A stretch of 64,000 nucleotides of DNA from Candidatus Thorarchaeota archaeon (GCA_019057475.1 DXJO01000010.1:1-64000); one strand, 5' to 3'; counted from the first letter of the stretch, positions 38,182 to 48,982 are shown. The notes: generated by a model not told the origin, from the sequence alone. A program made the numbers and translations.

Positions 38182-38496
38182 TTGAAACAGGTCCGACTCA
38201 CAGATACAGCAGGAGACAAGGTGAAGAGTAAGAAGACCTCTGCAGCCCGTGCGGGTTCTGTTGAGCCGACACGTCTTCTTGATTTCGACCTAACAGGCAT
38301 AACGAACGAGTCGCTCTGGCCTATCCTTGTTGAAACTGCAAGAAGAAGTCCATTGTACGCAAACCTATCTGGCTATATACGGGAAGAAGTTCTGCCAAAA
38401 GAACCCGAGGTTAGCGTTAGGGAGCTCGCAAGCAGGCTCTCCATCTCAGTGGGCGAAGCACTTGTTATTCTATATGACATTCATAAGCGAGCCTAG
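38182..38496 (+). CDS. Hypothetical protein with C-terminal HTH-like segment
   Basis: VSVRELASRLSISVGEALVIL. Confidence 0.6.
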   Translation: MKQVRLTDTAGDKVKSKKTSAARAGSVEPTRLLDFDLTGITNESLWPILVETARRSPLYANLSGYIREEVLPKEPEVSVRELASRLSISVGEALVILYDIHKRA

Positions 38497-38575
38497 TTGG
38501 TTCCTTTGGTCTTTTATCCGGTAGCATCTTTCTTTTATCCGACTTCATTGCCACCTGTCAATGGACTGACATCAG

Positions 38576-39655
38576 ATGTTCAACCAGAATGAGTTCCGCA
38601 ATGCCAAGTACGCAAAGGTCTTGTCAAATGAAATTTGTCGTCTCAACGACGGCAGGCAGACAAGAATAGTCCACGTTTGTGGGACCCACGAGCATACAAT
38701 CAGTCATAGCGGGATCAGGTCGCTCTTGCCCCGGGAGATTGACCTCGTAGCTGGCCCTGGCTGTCCCGTGTGTGTCAGTGCGGCAGAGGACATTGACATG
38801 GCCATTGAACTGGTCCGCAAAGGTCACATCATCGTTTCGTTTGGAGATATGATTCGCGTTCCTTCAACCTCATCATCTCTTGGTAAGGAGCGCGTGAGGG
38901 GCGGCGATATACGTGTGGTCTATGGCCCAAACGAAGCCATAGAGGTCGCAAGAAAGAATCCCGATAAAGAGATAGTGTTCGTAGGTGTGGGCTTTGAAAC
39001 TACCGCTCCAGCAATGGCCGTAGAACTGTTGAAAGGACCGCCGGAGAACTTCTCCATCCTCACATCATTGAAGCTAGTTCCTCCTGCCATGGAAATTCTG
39101 ATGAATCAGGATGGGTTTAGTGTGGATGGCTTCATCACGCCGGGTCACGTTTCAGTGATAATTGGCACGAACGCCTACGGATCGATAGCAGAGAAGTACA
39201 AAGTGCCGTGTGTCGCAGCTGGCTTCGAGCCGCTCGATGTTCTGGAGTCTATCAGAATGATACTCCTACAGATTGAGGAAGGTCGTGCCGAATCAGAGAA
39301 TGAATACACACGCGTGGTTCGTCCTGAGGGTAATCTTGCTGCTCAGAAGGTGTTGGAGGATACTTTCAGAATTGATGCCGCCCCATGGAGGGGTCTTGGT
39401 GTCATAGCGCACTCTGGCTATTTTCCACGTGCTGAACTTGCTGCTCATGATGCTCGCGAAAAGTTCGAATTTCCACCCCTCGATTCAGTGGACATACTCC
39501 CGGGATGTATCTGTCATAAAGTCGTGATTGGGATTGCAGATCCCATGGAGTGCCCGCTGTTCGGGAAACGATGCGTACCCGAGAATCCATATGGTCCTTG
39601 TATGGTTGGTTATGAGGGCACTTGCAGAATTAGGCATGAAAGCAAATTCGACTAA
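38576..39655 (+). CDS. hypD: Hydrogenase maturation protein HypD
   Basis: HVCGTHEH, GPGCPVCV, GFETTAP, PGHVS, GPCMV..EGTC. Confidence 0.97.
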   Translation: MFNQNEFRNAKYAKVLSNEICRLNDGRQTRIVHVCGTHEHTISHSGIRSLLPREIDLVAGPGCPVCVSAAEDIDMAIELVRKGHIIVSFGDMIRVPSTSSSLGKERVRGGDIRVVYGPNEAIEVARKNPDKEIVFVGVGFETTAPAMAVELLKGPPENFSILTSLKLVPPAMEILMNQDGFSVDGFITPGHVSVIIGTNAYGSIAEKYKVPCVAAGFEPLDVLESIRMILLQIEEGRAESENEYTRVVRPEGNLAAQKVLEDTFRIDAAPWRGLGVIAHSGYFPRAELAAHDAREKFEFPPLDSVDILPGCICHKVVIGIADPMECPLFGKRCVPENPYGPCMVGYEGTCRIRHESKFD

Positions 39656-40290
39656 GTTCTACGTGCATGTTCCCTTTCGAGCTTTCTGAGGTCTTGCTCG
39701 GAGTTGATGTTGACGAAAGTATCCAAGTTAGGGTCAAACATCTTCAACACCTCGGTGGAGATATGCATTACATTATGCAGTGAGTTGAGTAGGTCACTCA
39801 TCCTGTGCTTTTGTTTAGCAATTACTTCGAGTCCGCGACCGTAGGCGTGCTCTGCGAGATACGTAGCATGCAGGGGCTCTATGTAGCCTGAAGGCCATGA
39901 TGGAACGACTGCGCCATATCCTGAACCAAGGTCAGCGATTGATCGAAGCAGAGGAATGCTTGCCAGAGGTGTGTCGACTGGTAAGAGCATTACGTACTCG
40001 GTAGTAGAATACTCGAATGCGGTCACTGCTCCCGTGAGAGCGCATCTAACACTGTCCTCTGGGTCAACGACAATGTTTTCTCCTGTAACCACTGCGCCTA
40101 TGGCTTCTTTCTGTATTTCGTTGGAAACAACAATATGGATTTCTGAGGACAGATGCTTAGCAACCTCAATCATATGAGTCACAAGAGGGCGATCACGGAA
40201 CTTGGCCAATGCTTTCTCTGACCCAAACCGCCCTGAGGTTCCTCCCGCGAGTATCGCAACAGTTAGAATCTTCTCACTCATGATTGTCAT
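39652..40290 (-). CDS. mobA: Molybdenum cofactor guanylyltransferase
   Basis: ILAGGTSGRFGSEKAL, PVDTP, EPLHA.Y, FVNINS..DL. Confidence 0.9.
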   Translation of the reverse strand: MTIMSEKILTVAILAGGTSGRFGSEKALAKFRDRPLVTHMIEVAKHLSSEIHIVVSNEIQKEAIGAVVTGENIVVDPEDSVRCALTGAVTAFEYSTTEYVMLLPVDTPLASIPLLRSIADLGSGYGAVVPSWPSGYIEPLHATYLAEHAYGRGLEVIAKQKHRMSDLLNSLHNVMHISTEVLKMFDPNLDTFVNINSEQDLRKLEREHARRT

Positions 40291-40332
40291 GCCCTCTGAT
40301 AGATGCCAGCTGGCCTGTTCTGCTTCTTGAGG

Positions 40333-42297
40333 TCACTCGTGAGCAGAGAGATACTCCTCGATCATTGCCGAAATCTGCCCATCTGTGTAGTGCTGTGAAG
40401 TTATCGCACCGCTAGGACAGGTGGACGTACAGGTTCCGCACCCCTTGCACAGGGCAGCGTTGATCTCTGCACGGTCACGGTCATTCATTGTAATGGCATT
40501 GTATGGGCAAATGGAAATGCATACTGAGCAACCAGAACATTTGTCCTCATCTACAACGGAGTAGTAAGGCTCGATAGTGATCTTGCCCTTGCCCATAAGT
40601 CCCATTGCACCAGACGCGGCGGCTTTCGCCTGAGCCACTGCATCTGGGATGTCCTTTGGACCCTGAGCCATTCCCGCCACGAAAATACCGTCATTGAACG
40701 AATCCACGGGCCTGAGCTTGGGGTGTGCTTCCATCAGAAAACCATCTGGTGACTGGCTCAAGCCAAGAACACGTATGATATCTTTTGATCCACGGGGGGC
40801 TACCACTCCAGTTGATAGCACAACAAGGTCCACATAACTAATCTTGATTGGCTTGCCCAGAAGCGTGTCTTCTCCTCTTACGGTGAGGAGGTGCGTTTCA
40901 CTGTCCTCCAGAAGCTCGCCCACTCGACCTCTGATGAACGAAACTCCAGCAGTAGCGGTGGACTCGTAAAATTCTTCGTAGCCCTTCCCGAACGTCCTGA
41001 GGTCAATGTAGAATATGTAGATATCAGCACCTGTCTTGTCTCTAATCATTCTAGCCTGTTTGATAGCTGTCATGCAGCATATGCGCGAGCAGTACTTGTT
41101 CGTGCGCTCATCTCGGCTTCCCACGCACTGGATGTACACGATTCTCTTTGCTTCCTTCAAATCGTGCGGTCGCACCACATGACCCTGGGTTGGGCCCGCT
41201 GAGCTCAGCATTCTTTCAACCTCACCGAGATTAACGACATTCGGGAAAATGCTGTAGCCATATTCTTCCTTCTGGGTTGCATCGAATATCTCAAAACCGG
41301 TAGCGACGATGATTGTGCCGACCTCAATATTGATTATCTTCTCTTGGTCATCGTAATCGATTGCGCCAGCCTCGCATGCCAATTTGCATTTGCCGCAACG
41401 CACAGCGTCGACACCTAAGCAGTTCTCCATGTCAAGAAGGTATGCTGATGGCACTGCTTGAGCGAACGGGACATAGATTGCTTTCCGGAATGAGAGATTA
41501 GCCTCGAACTCAGCTGGAACGTCCACTGGACAGACGAGTGAACAGTCACCACAAGACGTACAGGTTTCCAAGTCAACAAACCGCGGCCTCTGTCGAATCG
41601 TCACCTTGAAATTACCAACGAAGCCGTCGACTTTATCGACCTCGGCCATGGTTATCAATTCAATATTCGGATGCGCTCCCACCTCAGCCATTCGCGGTGT
41701 GAGAATGCACGAGGAACAATCTAAGGTTGGAAAGGTCTTGTCCCACTGAGCCATGTGCCCGCCGATGGTAGGTTTCTTCTCAACCATATAGACCTTGAAG
41801 CCTGCATCCCCGAGGTCCAGAGCTGCGGATATGCCTGCTATTCCTGCACCGACGATGAGTGTAGCTTTCAGGATCGGCACCTCAGATTCCTCCAGAGGCT
41901 CGAGGAGCTTTGCTCGTGCAACAGACATTCGTACCAGGTCTATTGCCTTCTCCGTAGCAGCTTCGTGGTCGTCCGAGTGAATCCAGCTACAATGTTCACG
42001 AATGTTAGCCTGTTCGAAAACATACGGTGATAGGCCCGCATCGCGCATGGCATTCCTGAAAGTGGTTTCGTGCATCCTTGGTGAGCAAGCTGCAATGACA
42101 ATTCCATCAAGACGGAGTTCCTTTATCTTATCCTTGAGTATCTGTTGTCCTGGTTTGGAGCAGACATACTTGTAGTCTTCTACGTGTGCCACTCCATCGA
42201 GACCTTTGACAGCTTCCATGACGCGGTCAATATCCACTACACCAGCGATATTTGATCCACAATGACAGATGAATACGCCAATCCTTCTCTCGGGCAT
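40333..42297 (-). CDS. hdrA: Heterodisulfide reductase subunit A
   Basis: GVFICHCGSNIAG, AACSP, NIREHCSW, GAGIAG, KTFPTLDC, CVGSRD, HPKLRPV, GPKDIP, ferredoxin motifs. Confidence 0.97.
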   Translation of the reverse strand: MPERRIGVFICHCGSNIAGVVDIDRVMEAVKGLDGVAHVEDYKYVCSKPGQQILKDKIKELRLDGIVIAACSPRMHETTFRNAMRDAGLSPYVFEQANIREHCSWIHSDDHEAATEKAIDLVRMSVARAKLLEPLEESEVPILKATLIVGAGIAGISAALDLGDAGFKVYMVEKKPTIGGHMAQWDKTFPTLDCSSCILTPRMAEVGAHPNIELITMAEVDKVDGFVGNFKVTIRQRPRFVDLETCTSCGDCSLVCPVDVPAEFEANLSFRKAIYVPFAQAVPSAYLLDMENCLGVDAVRCGKCKLACEAGAIDYDDQEKIINIEVGTIIVATGFEIFDATQKEEYGYSIFPNVVNLGEVERMLSSAGPTQGHVVRPHDLKEAKRIVYIQCVGSRDERTNKYCSRICCMTAIKQARMIRDKTGADIYIFYIDLRTFGKGYEEFYESTATAGVSFIRGRVGELLEDSETHLLTVRGEDTLLGKPIKISYVDLVVLSTGVVAPRGSKDIIRVLGLSQSPDGFLMEAHPKLRPVDSFNDGIFVAGMAQGPKDIPDAVAQAKAAASGAMGLMGKGKITIEPYYSVVDEDKCSGCSVCISICPYNAITMNDRDRAEINAALCKGCGTCTSTCPSGAITSQHYTDGQISAMIEEYLSAHE

Positions 42298-42454
42298 TCT
42301 TTTCTCCTCGTGCGCCGCGCTTTGTCTTGGGGGCTGTGAGACTGGGCTCTCTCCAGCGTTTTCGAAAGGCCTAATAAAGGATTGCGGGTTGCGGAATGCA
42401 ACCCCAGCTTGCGATTCCCAAAATCAAATATGCACTCTTGTCCTGTTTCAAAGA

Positions 42455-43087
42455 ATGCTGGACTTCGAAATTGCGGGGCCTATTGTAGGTGTGCTGGTCG
42501 TAGTCGATGTGGCATTGTATATCTACATGGATGTGAAGAAGATTCAGGGGAGAGGACTCTCCGCCATGAGGGAGTCCGACGCCGTTTTGCCCAAGTCTGC
42601 TATGGTGGCACTCGCAGCTTCAACTCTGCTGGCCTTTGCTTTGGTTTTACTGATTCCAATTGCTTGGCTCACCTCGCAAGGGCCAGTCCTTGTTCAGTCG
42701 GTGTTCCCTATTGCTGATAGTCCGGTTCTTCTCTGGTCAGGAGGATTAGTGATTCTGGGTGGGGGTGTGATACTCCACGGTTGGTCAAGAAAGGTTCAAC
42801 AGTCACACGCATCTTCATGGGCGATGGCTGAAACGCACAAGCTTATCATGAAAGGGCCCTATTCTCGAATCCGTCATCCATCCTACCTGTCCTATGTCCT
42901 ATCTTTCATCGGACTTGTGCTCATGATGCCCTCTGTGCTAACAGTCATGCTTCTTGTTGGTATTCCTGGGTACTACACGGCAGCAGTGCGAGAGGAACAA
43001 CTCCTAATTTCCCACTTCGGCAATGGCTACCGGAACTACATAATGAAAACCGGCCGGTTCATACCCAAACTGAGGAAGCATAACTAG
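42455..43087 (+). CDS. Isoprenylcysteine carboxyl methyltransferase (ICMT/PEMT) family membrane protein
   Basis: HKLIMKGPYSRIRHPSY, REEQLL..HFG..Y..Y...TGRFIP; start reassigned to the ATG at 42455. Confidence 0.85.
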   Translation: MLDFEIAGPIVGVLVVVDVALYIYMDVKKIQGRGLSAMRESDAVLPKSAMVALAASTLLAFALVLLIPIAWLTSQGPVLVQSVFPIADSPVLLWSGGLVILGGGVILHGWSRKVQQSHASSWAMAETHKLIMKGPYSRIRHPSYLSYVLSFIGLVLMMPSVLTVMLLVGIPGYYTAAVREEQLLISHFGNGYRNYIMKTGRFIPKLRKHN

Positions 43088-43184
43088 CTCTGGGATTATG
43101 TGGTCACGACATAGTCGGTCGTATTCACCAAAACGGTAAAAAGTGATGCTCGACGCCAACCGCTTACCTCTTGGAGGAATCGAA

Positions 43185-43958
43185 ATGACTGGTAAGGTTT
43201 GGAGCTATATCACAGACAAACTCGAGAGCGAAGGTGCATTGCACATGTCCTTGCTGGATCCTGATCCTCTCAAGATGACGACCGAAACAGTCGTAAAAAT
43301 GGCAAAGCTTGCTGAAACAGCCGGTTCGGATGCTATCATGATAGGTGGCAGCACTGCATTTGGCATCATCGACGAATCTGTGAAAGCAATCACGGAGGCT
43401 GTGGACATACCCACGATACTCTTCCCAGGTAACCTTACCGGCGTATCAAAACACGCTGACGCGATGTACTTCATGAGCCTTCTGAATAGCACCAACCCAT
43501 ACTGGATTATCGGGGCGCAAGCATTGGCTGCAGCTAACGTGAAACTCATCGGGATTGAAGTAATTCCAATGGCATATCTCTTGGTAGCACCAGGGAAGAC
43601 TGCTGCATGGGTTGGAGATGCCAAGGTGTTTCCGCGGGAGAAGCCAAAGATTGCCCTGATGTATGCACTGGCAGCTGAGCTTCTCGGCTTCAAGTTGGTC
43701 TATCTTGAAGCTGGCAGCGGCGCCGAGGGCAATGGAGTTCCCCCAGAGATGATCACTACTGTTTCTCAGTATGTTGACATTCCTCTGATTGTTGGTGGGG
43801 GGTTCAACGATGCCAAGTCTGTTACTAATGCCGTTGAGGCTGGTGCGTCAATTGTCGTTCAGGGCACCTATCTCGAAAAGAACATCTTGGAAGACAAGGG
43901 TGCAGGTCTCAAGAATATCGTGAAGGCACTGAAAAAGGCTGGCGCGAAGCGGGTCTGA
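43185..43958 (+). CDS. Geranylgeranylglyceryl phosphate synthase
   Basis: HMSLLDPD, AIMIGGS, ILFPG, MSLLNS.NPYWI.GAQ, YLEAGSGA, VGGG. Confidence 0.93.
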   Translation: MTGKVWSYITDKLESEGALHMSLLDPDPLKMTTETVVKMAKLAETAGSDAIMIGGSTAFGIIDESVKAITEAVDIPTILFPGNLTGVSKHADAMYFMSLLNSTNPYWIIGAQALAAANVKLIGIEVIPMAYLLVAPGKTAAWVGDAKVFPREKPKIALMYALAAELLGFKLVYLEAGSGAEGNGVPPEMITTVSQYVDIPLIVGGGFNDAKSVTNAVEAGASIVVQGTYLEKNILEDKGAGLKNIVKALKKAGAKRV

Positions 43959-44046
43959 GGTGCGGCGCGCGGCATTTGTGCTGGTCATGTTTAAATAGTT
44001 GTCATGGTTTCAGGAACCGAAGCACGTCCACGGAGGATGAATATCA

Positions 44047-44439
44047 TTGTCCAGCAAGACTGAGTTGTTGAATGCAATGCTGCTAGACCTCAGTCGTGCT
44101 TCTCAAGACAACGTGCAAGCAAGCATCATAATTTCAAGGGCACAGGGTCTCACAATCTGTTCTTACTTTCCTGAAAGCATAGACTCTGGTGTTGTTCCTG
44201 ACGAGGATATCATTGCCGGGCGGTCCATGCAGATCCAGATGGGGACCAGGAAAGTCTTCAAACAACTGAAGCGCGGTCCATTCGTCAGGATGCTCGTAGA
44301 AGGCGAGAGTGGGTACATAATCATCTGCGATGCCGGTGAGAATGCCATACTTGCGGTTCTGACTAACAAGCGGGCCAATATAGGATACATGTTTTTCATG
44401 ATGACCAGAATAGCCAGGCGCATCGAGCAAATCCTGTAG
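44047..44439 (+). CDS. Roadblock/LC7 domain protein
   Basis: GLTICS, MLVEGESGYIII..AGENAILAVLT...ANIG..F. Confidence 0.85.
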   Translation: MSSKTELLNAMLLDLSRASQDNVQASIIISRAQGLTICSYFPESIDSGVVPDEDIIAGRSMQIQMGTRKVFKQLKRGPFVRMLVEGESGYIIICDAGENAILAVLTNKRANIGYMFFMMTRIARRIEQIL

Positions 44440-44497
44440 AATCGCTGTTCCAGCAATTTTTTATGGCTCTCGATTTTTCCTCAAACTGTAATCAAGC

Positions 44498-45442
44498 ATG
44501 GTGAATAAGGTGTCAGATGAAAAGTCAGATGCAACGAAGGATAGCGACCAGACTGAAGATGAATGGGCGAAATGGCGACAGGCAGGTGTCATAGCCAAAG
44601 CGGCGCTCGATATTGCTCGTCCTATGGTGAAGCCAGGAACCAAAGTAATCGATATAGTTGAATCTGTCGAGAAACACATCCTTGAGAATGCATCCGGCAT
44701 TGCCTTTCCGTGCAATGTATCACTCAACAGTATTGCTGCACACTACACGTCTCCCCTTAATGACGAAACTGTGATTGAGGATGGTGACCTTGTGACAGTT
44801 GACTGTGGAGCCCACATAGACGGCTGCATTTCAGATACTGCATTCACCATCGCGTTGAATCCCGCGCATGAGAGCTTGGTGAAGGCCTCGGTGGATGCCA
44901 CGAATGTTGCCATCAGGATGATGCGGCCAGGGGCCAAACTGAACACTATCGGGGCCCTCATCGAAGACACAATCAAAAGCGCTGGCTTTGAGCCCATTAA
45001 ACAGCTCACCGGTCATCAGCTGCAGGAGTACGAGCTACATTCAGAGAAGCAGGTGCCATGTGTTTCGGGCAAGTCTGAAGTGAAGGTGGAAGAAGGTGAG
45101 ATCTACGCCGTTGAAACATTCGCTAGTACGGGTTCGGGTAATGTAACTGATCTCCCCAACCCTCTGATCTATCAGCTATTGCCAATCAGAGTCCCTGTTC
45201 GATTTAAGGGGACGAAACAGTTTCTCTCAATTGCCAGAAGGGAGTACAAGGAGTTTCCATTTGCCGAACGCTGGCTAGCTGAGAAGATGAAACATGCTAC
45301 GCTCAAAATGGCCATTCGAGAGCTTACGCAGAAAAGCGCCCTTATTCCGCACCACATACTTACTGAGGAGAAGGGCGAGCTAGTTTCCCAGCATGAACAC
45401 ACGGTGATAATCACAGAAAATGGACATGAGCGGACGACCTAG
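44498..45442 (+). CDS. map: Methionine aminopeptidase, type II
   Basis: AFPCN.S.N..AAHYT, DCGAHIDG.ISDTAFT, LTGH, AVETFA, VSQHEHT. Confidence 0.96.
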   Translation: MVNKVSDEKSDATKDSDQTEDEWAKWRQAGVIAKAALDIARPMVKPGTKVIDIVESVEKHILENASGIAFPCNVSLNSIAAHYTSPLNDETVIEDGDLVTVDCGAHIDGCISDTAFTIALNPAHESLVKASVDATNVAIRMMRPGAKLNTIGALIEDTIKSAGFEPIKQLTGHQLQEYELHSEKQVPCVSGKSEVKVEEGEIYAVETFASTGSGNVTDLPNPLIYQLLPIRVPVRFKGTKQFLSIARREYKEFPFAERWLAEKMKHATLKMAIRELTQKSALIPHHILTEEKGELVSQHEHTVIITENGHERTT

Positions 45443-45635
45443 TGTTTCTTGCGTCATGATTCGCCTTCTAGGCGCTTCAGTGTCTACAATGTGTGAAATC
45501 CGTGCCGGGCTAAAACATTAAAAGACCCTTTGGCTATGTGTACTTTGGGTCAGGGAGACTGTCGCGACAACATAAACATGTCCAGTGATATCTGGCACGT
45601 CTTTTCCCCCTCGCTAATTCAGTGGAGGCTTTGAA

Positions 45636-46604
45636 TTGGAGAACTCGCGTGGAGCTATCTCAGGCAATGGCAAATCAGCACGCAGTGATGGTGAGAGTCA
45701 TGCATGTCCTGAGTGCGGGTTCAGCGCAGTCGTTGAGGATATCGCGCGAGGGGAACGCGTCTGTGGAGGATGCGGTCTTGTCCTCTCAGATCATCGTATC
45801 GATACCGGCGCTGAATGGAGAGCATTCAGCTCTGAGGAAGGTGATGCGCGTAGTCGTGTTGGTGCCCCTATGAGATATACCGTCCATGACAAAGGGCTAT
45901 CTACAGTCATTGACTGGCGGGATAGAGACCTTTCTGGGCGCAAGCTTACCCCCTCACGAAGATCCGAGATATACCGCCTTAGGAAGTGGCAGATTCGGTC
46001 TCGTGTTCACAGTTCGATGGACCGCAATCTTGCGCAAGCTATGTCGGAGCTGGAACGGCTATCATCCCAGCTTGGGCTTCCTAAACCAATCAGAGAACTT
46101 GCAGCACTCCTTTATCGCAAGTCAATCTTGAAGAAATTGGTACGCGGTAGATCGATTGAGGCTATGGTAGCAGCTTGTCTTTATGCAGCATGCAGGATTC
46201 GGATTAAACCTCGTCCACTGGATGAAGTCGCGGATGCATCCCGTGTTAACAAAAAGAAGCTTGGTCAATGCTACAGGTTACTTCTTCGCAGTCTGAATCT
46301 AAGAATCCCACTGAGCAGTCCTGTACACTATATATCTCGCTTCGCTTCTGAGCTAAAGCTTTCAAGCCCTGTTCAATTGAGAACTGTCGAGATTCTGAAT
46401 CAAAGCCGAGCCATAGGTCTCACGATTGGACGTGACCCGCTGGGTCTGGCGGCAGCTGCAATCTACGTTGCGTCAATAATGCTTGACGATCGTCGAACGC
46501 AGCGTGAGATCGCTGAGGTTGCTCGTGTCACAGAGGTTACGGTTCGCAATAGATACAAGGAGATTGTAGCGAAGCTCAAAATTGACACTCTCAACTCTGT
46601 GTGA
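45636..46604 (+). CDS. tfb: Transcription initiation factor TFB
   Basis: CPECG..CGGCG Zn ribbon, EWRAF, HDKGLST.I, LRKWQ, two cyclin repeats. Confidence 0.97.
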   Translation: MENSRGAISGNGKSARSDGESHACPECGFSAVVEDIARGERVCGGCGLVLSDHRIDTGAEWRAFSSEEGDARSRVGAPMRYTVHDKGLSTVIDWRDRDLSGRKLTPSRRSEIYRLRKWQIRSRVHSSMDRNLAQAMSELERLSSQLGLPKPIRELAALLYRKSILKKLVRGRSIEAMVAACLYAACRIRIKPRPLDEVADASRVNKKKLGQCYRLLLRSLNLRIPLSSPVHYISRFASELKLSSPVQLRTVEILNQSRAIGLTIGRDPLGLAAAAIYVASIMLDDRRTQREIAEVARVTEVTVRNRYKEIVAKLKIDTLNSV

Positions 46605-46691
46605 TTGCGCTCATACAAGATGGGATGGTTCTCCCTGATTGAGATTACATCTGGCTATTAACCCGCAAGCAATCATTAGTCGCTGCTAGGC

Positions 46692-47033
46692 CTACCTCCG
46701 GCCTCTCCTCTGGTAAGTCCAATCGACAATAACCATCTCTTCGGGGAAGCCAAGCTTTCCCAATACTCCAGTTATAACCCCCCGATGATCACCCTGAAGT
46801 TCGACATGACCACGCTTGGCAGCTCCTCCGCACGCCAGTTTACTCTTCAGTTTGGTTGCCATGTCACCAACGTCAATGGTCTTATCAAAGCCAGATACTA
46901 CGGTGGTAAGTCTTCCCCACTTGCGACGCTCGATGGTCACAGTGATTCTTGCTTCTTCCTGTGCTATCGTTTCACAAACGCACAAGTCGGTGGGAAGTCC
47001 ACAGTTCGGACAAATGCCTCCTTCATCGCTCAC
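46692..47033 (-). CDS. sui1: Translation initiation factor SUI1/aIF1
   Basis: CPNCGLP.DLCVCE, LKSKLACGG, VELQGDHR. Confidence 0.95.
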   Translation of the reverse strand: MSDEGGICPNCGLPTDLCVCETIAQEEARITVTIERRKWGRLTTVVSGFDKTIDVGDMATKLKSKLACGGAAKRGHVELQGDHRGVITGVLGKLGFPEEMVIVDWTYQRRGRR

Positions 47034-47183
47034 TAAATCAGTTACTCCTAATTCATTGCTGTAGCTTTATGCAGAGCTCCTTAGGTCAAGTCTGACATAT
47101 AAGTGCTTTCGGATGTATGAATCATGAACCGCTTTCTCTAAGCGGAAAAGAGTAAAGAACACAGTCACAATGCTTTCGTACTC

Positions 47184-48764
47184 ATGTCTGGGCAAGTCTT
47201 GATAGTTGATGCGTTGAGTGTTGGGTCCGGTCGTCGTGGAAGTTCGCGCGACTCAATTGGATGTGGCCCGCGCACAGTAGCTGGCGTAATGGAAACTCAT
47301 GCGGTTCCCTGCAGAATCAAGAGAGCTGAGGCTGTTCTGTTTGCAAAAGGTCGAACTCGGGGGTTTGAGCATCTAGCTATTAGCGCGATGACGATGGACT
47401 TGCCAGCTACTCGGAGCATTGTCGCACAGTGGCGTTGGGCACACCCCCGTGGGAGAATCATCGTCGGGGGACCAATTGCATCGAGGCCTCATGATGTTCT
47501 AAAGGAGGTCCGGCCTGATGTACTCGTGATAGGAGAGGGCGAGGCAACCCTTAATGAGCTGCTCCTTGCTGGTTTTCTTGAGGAACGCATTGACCTAGCT
47601 CCGATTGCCGGGATTGGTTACATGAATGGCTCTTATCCAGTCGTTACAGAACCCCGCAATCTTCTTTCCGCCGCTGATATCTCCACACAGTATCAACCGT
47701 CTCGTGTTAGGATTGTAGACTACCCAGCCTACCAAGCCAGCAGGGTTTACGTAGAAGCAATTCGCGGGTGTTCGAACTTCAGGAGGACATCTCTCACTCT
47801 GCCGGACGGTCGAAAGTGTTCCGACTGCAATAACTGTGACTCCGCTGACCCGCACGAACGACTGGATTGTCCTGAGAACATTCCCCCTGGTTGTGGTTTC
47901 TGCAGCGTACCTGCAGTGTGGGGTTCTCCAAGAAGTCGGTTTCAGCAGTCCATTGTCAACGAGGTAAGAGAGCTCCTAGACTTGGGAGTTCACAGAGTTG
48001 TACTGGAGGCTCCTGGCTTCCTAGATTACATGCGAGGGAGCGAACCACTCACTGATCCATGTCACCCTCCCGCCAATCTCGAAGCATTAACCAAGCTGCT
48101 AAAGGAACTCAAATCACTTCCTCAACTTTCCGAGGGAACGGCTCATCTATCCATTGAGAATCTAAAGGCGTGTTTGTTTACGGATGAAGTTGCAGACGTT
48201 TTCGCAAAGCACCTTGGTGACACAGCACCCAATATTGGCATTGAAACTGGCTCCGAACAACATATGCGCCAAATCGGTAAGTGTGGTAGTCCTGAAGATG
48301 TTGTGAGAGCTGTTAGAATCGCAAAAGCACATGGAATGCTTCCCTACGTTTACTTCATCTACGGCCTTCCTGGGGAGAGCTTTGTCACTGTGGAAGAGTC
48401 GGTCAAACTAATGCGCCAACTAGACGAGGCAGGCGCCGCTCGAATCATAATGTATGGGTTCCGTGCCCTGCCGGGGTCAGCCTTTGAAGAGTTCCAAGAA
48501 CCTGACATGCGTGACCCTGGAGGCGAGCGACTACGAAATGTAGCAAACCACATTAATCGTCGCAAGAAAGAAACCTATGTTGGTAGAGTGATACGGGGGA
48601 TTGCTGCAGAACCGTCATGGAGCCGCCACGGTTACACCATGGTCTACCCTCTGGGCGATGGACCACTCATGACAGTTCACGGTGGATATTCTGCCGGAGC
48701 CATTGTAGATGTCAAAGTGACAGAGGTGTTGAGTGCCGGTCTACTTGGCGGAGTAGCCGTTTAG
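47184..48764 (+). CDS. B12-binding radical SAM protein with C-terminal TRAM-like domain
   Basis: IIVGGP, VIGEGE, RGCSNF..GCGFC, GIETGS, YFIYGLPGE. Confidence 0.85.
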   Translation: MSGQVLIVDALSVGSGRRGSSRDSIGCGPRTVAGVMETHAVPCRIKRAEAVLFAKGRTRGFEHLAISAMTMDLPATRSIVAQWRWAHPRGRIIVGGPIASRPHDVLKEVRPDVLVIGEGEATLNELLLAGFLEERIDLAPIAGIGYMNGSYPVVTEPRNLLSAADISTQYQPSRVRIVDYPAYQASRVYVEAIRGCSNFRRTSLTLPDGRKCSDCNNCDSADPHERLDCPENIPPGCGFCSVPAVWGSPRSRFQQSIVNEVRELLDLGVHRVVLEAPGFLDYMRGSEPLTDPCHPPANLEALTKLLKELKSLPQLSEGTAHLSIENLKACLFTDEVADVFAKHLGDTAPNIGIETGSEQHMRQIGKCGSPEDVVRAVRIAKAHGMLPYVYFIYGLPGESFVTVEESVKLMRQLDEAGAARIIMYGFRALPGSAFEEFQEPDMRDPGGERLRNVANHINRRKKETYVGRVIRGIAAEPSWSRHGYTMVYPLGDGPLMTVHGGYSAGAIVDVKVTEVLSAGLLGGVAV

Positions 48765-48838
48765 GGCTGCGACTTGCTCGTTGTCTAAGGCAAAACTTCT
48801 TATTGCTAACTTCAAGTGACTCCGGCTGGTGCTCTAGT

Positions 48839-48982
48839 ATGGTCTACACTTGCTTTTCCTGTAAGCATGAAGTTACGCCCGAAGGACTAAAGACCTTGCC
48901 CGGCGTAAAGTGCCCCTACTGTGGTGGACGAATTCTGTACAAGGTTCGCCCTCCTGTTGTTAAGCGAGTTAAGGGCGTCTAG
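48839..48982 (+). CDS. rpoP: RNA polymerase subunit Rpo12 (RpoP)
   Basis: MVYTCFSC..VKCPYCGGRILYKVRPPVVKRV; 47 aa, the C-terminal part of track ORF 48617..48982. Confidence 0.93.
   Translation: MVYTCFSCKHEVTPEGLKTLPGVKCPYCGGRILYKVRPPVVKRVKGV

Noticed and set aside
40333-42297. HdrA as a selenoprotein
   Set aside because: The ORF is uninterrupted, and the motif that carries Sec in some archaeal HdrA reads KTFPTLDCSSC with Cys codons.
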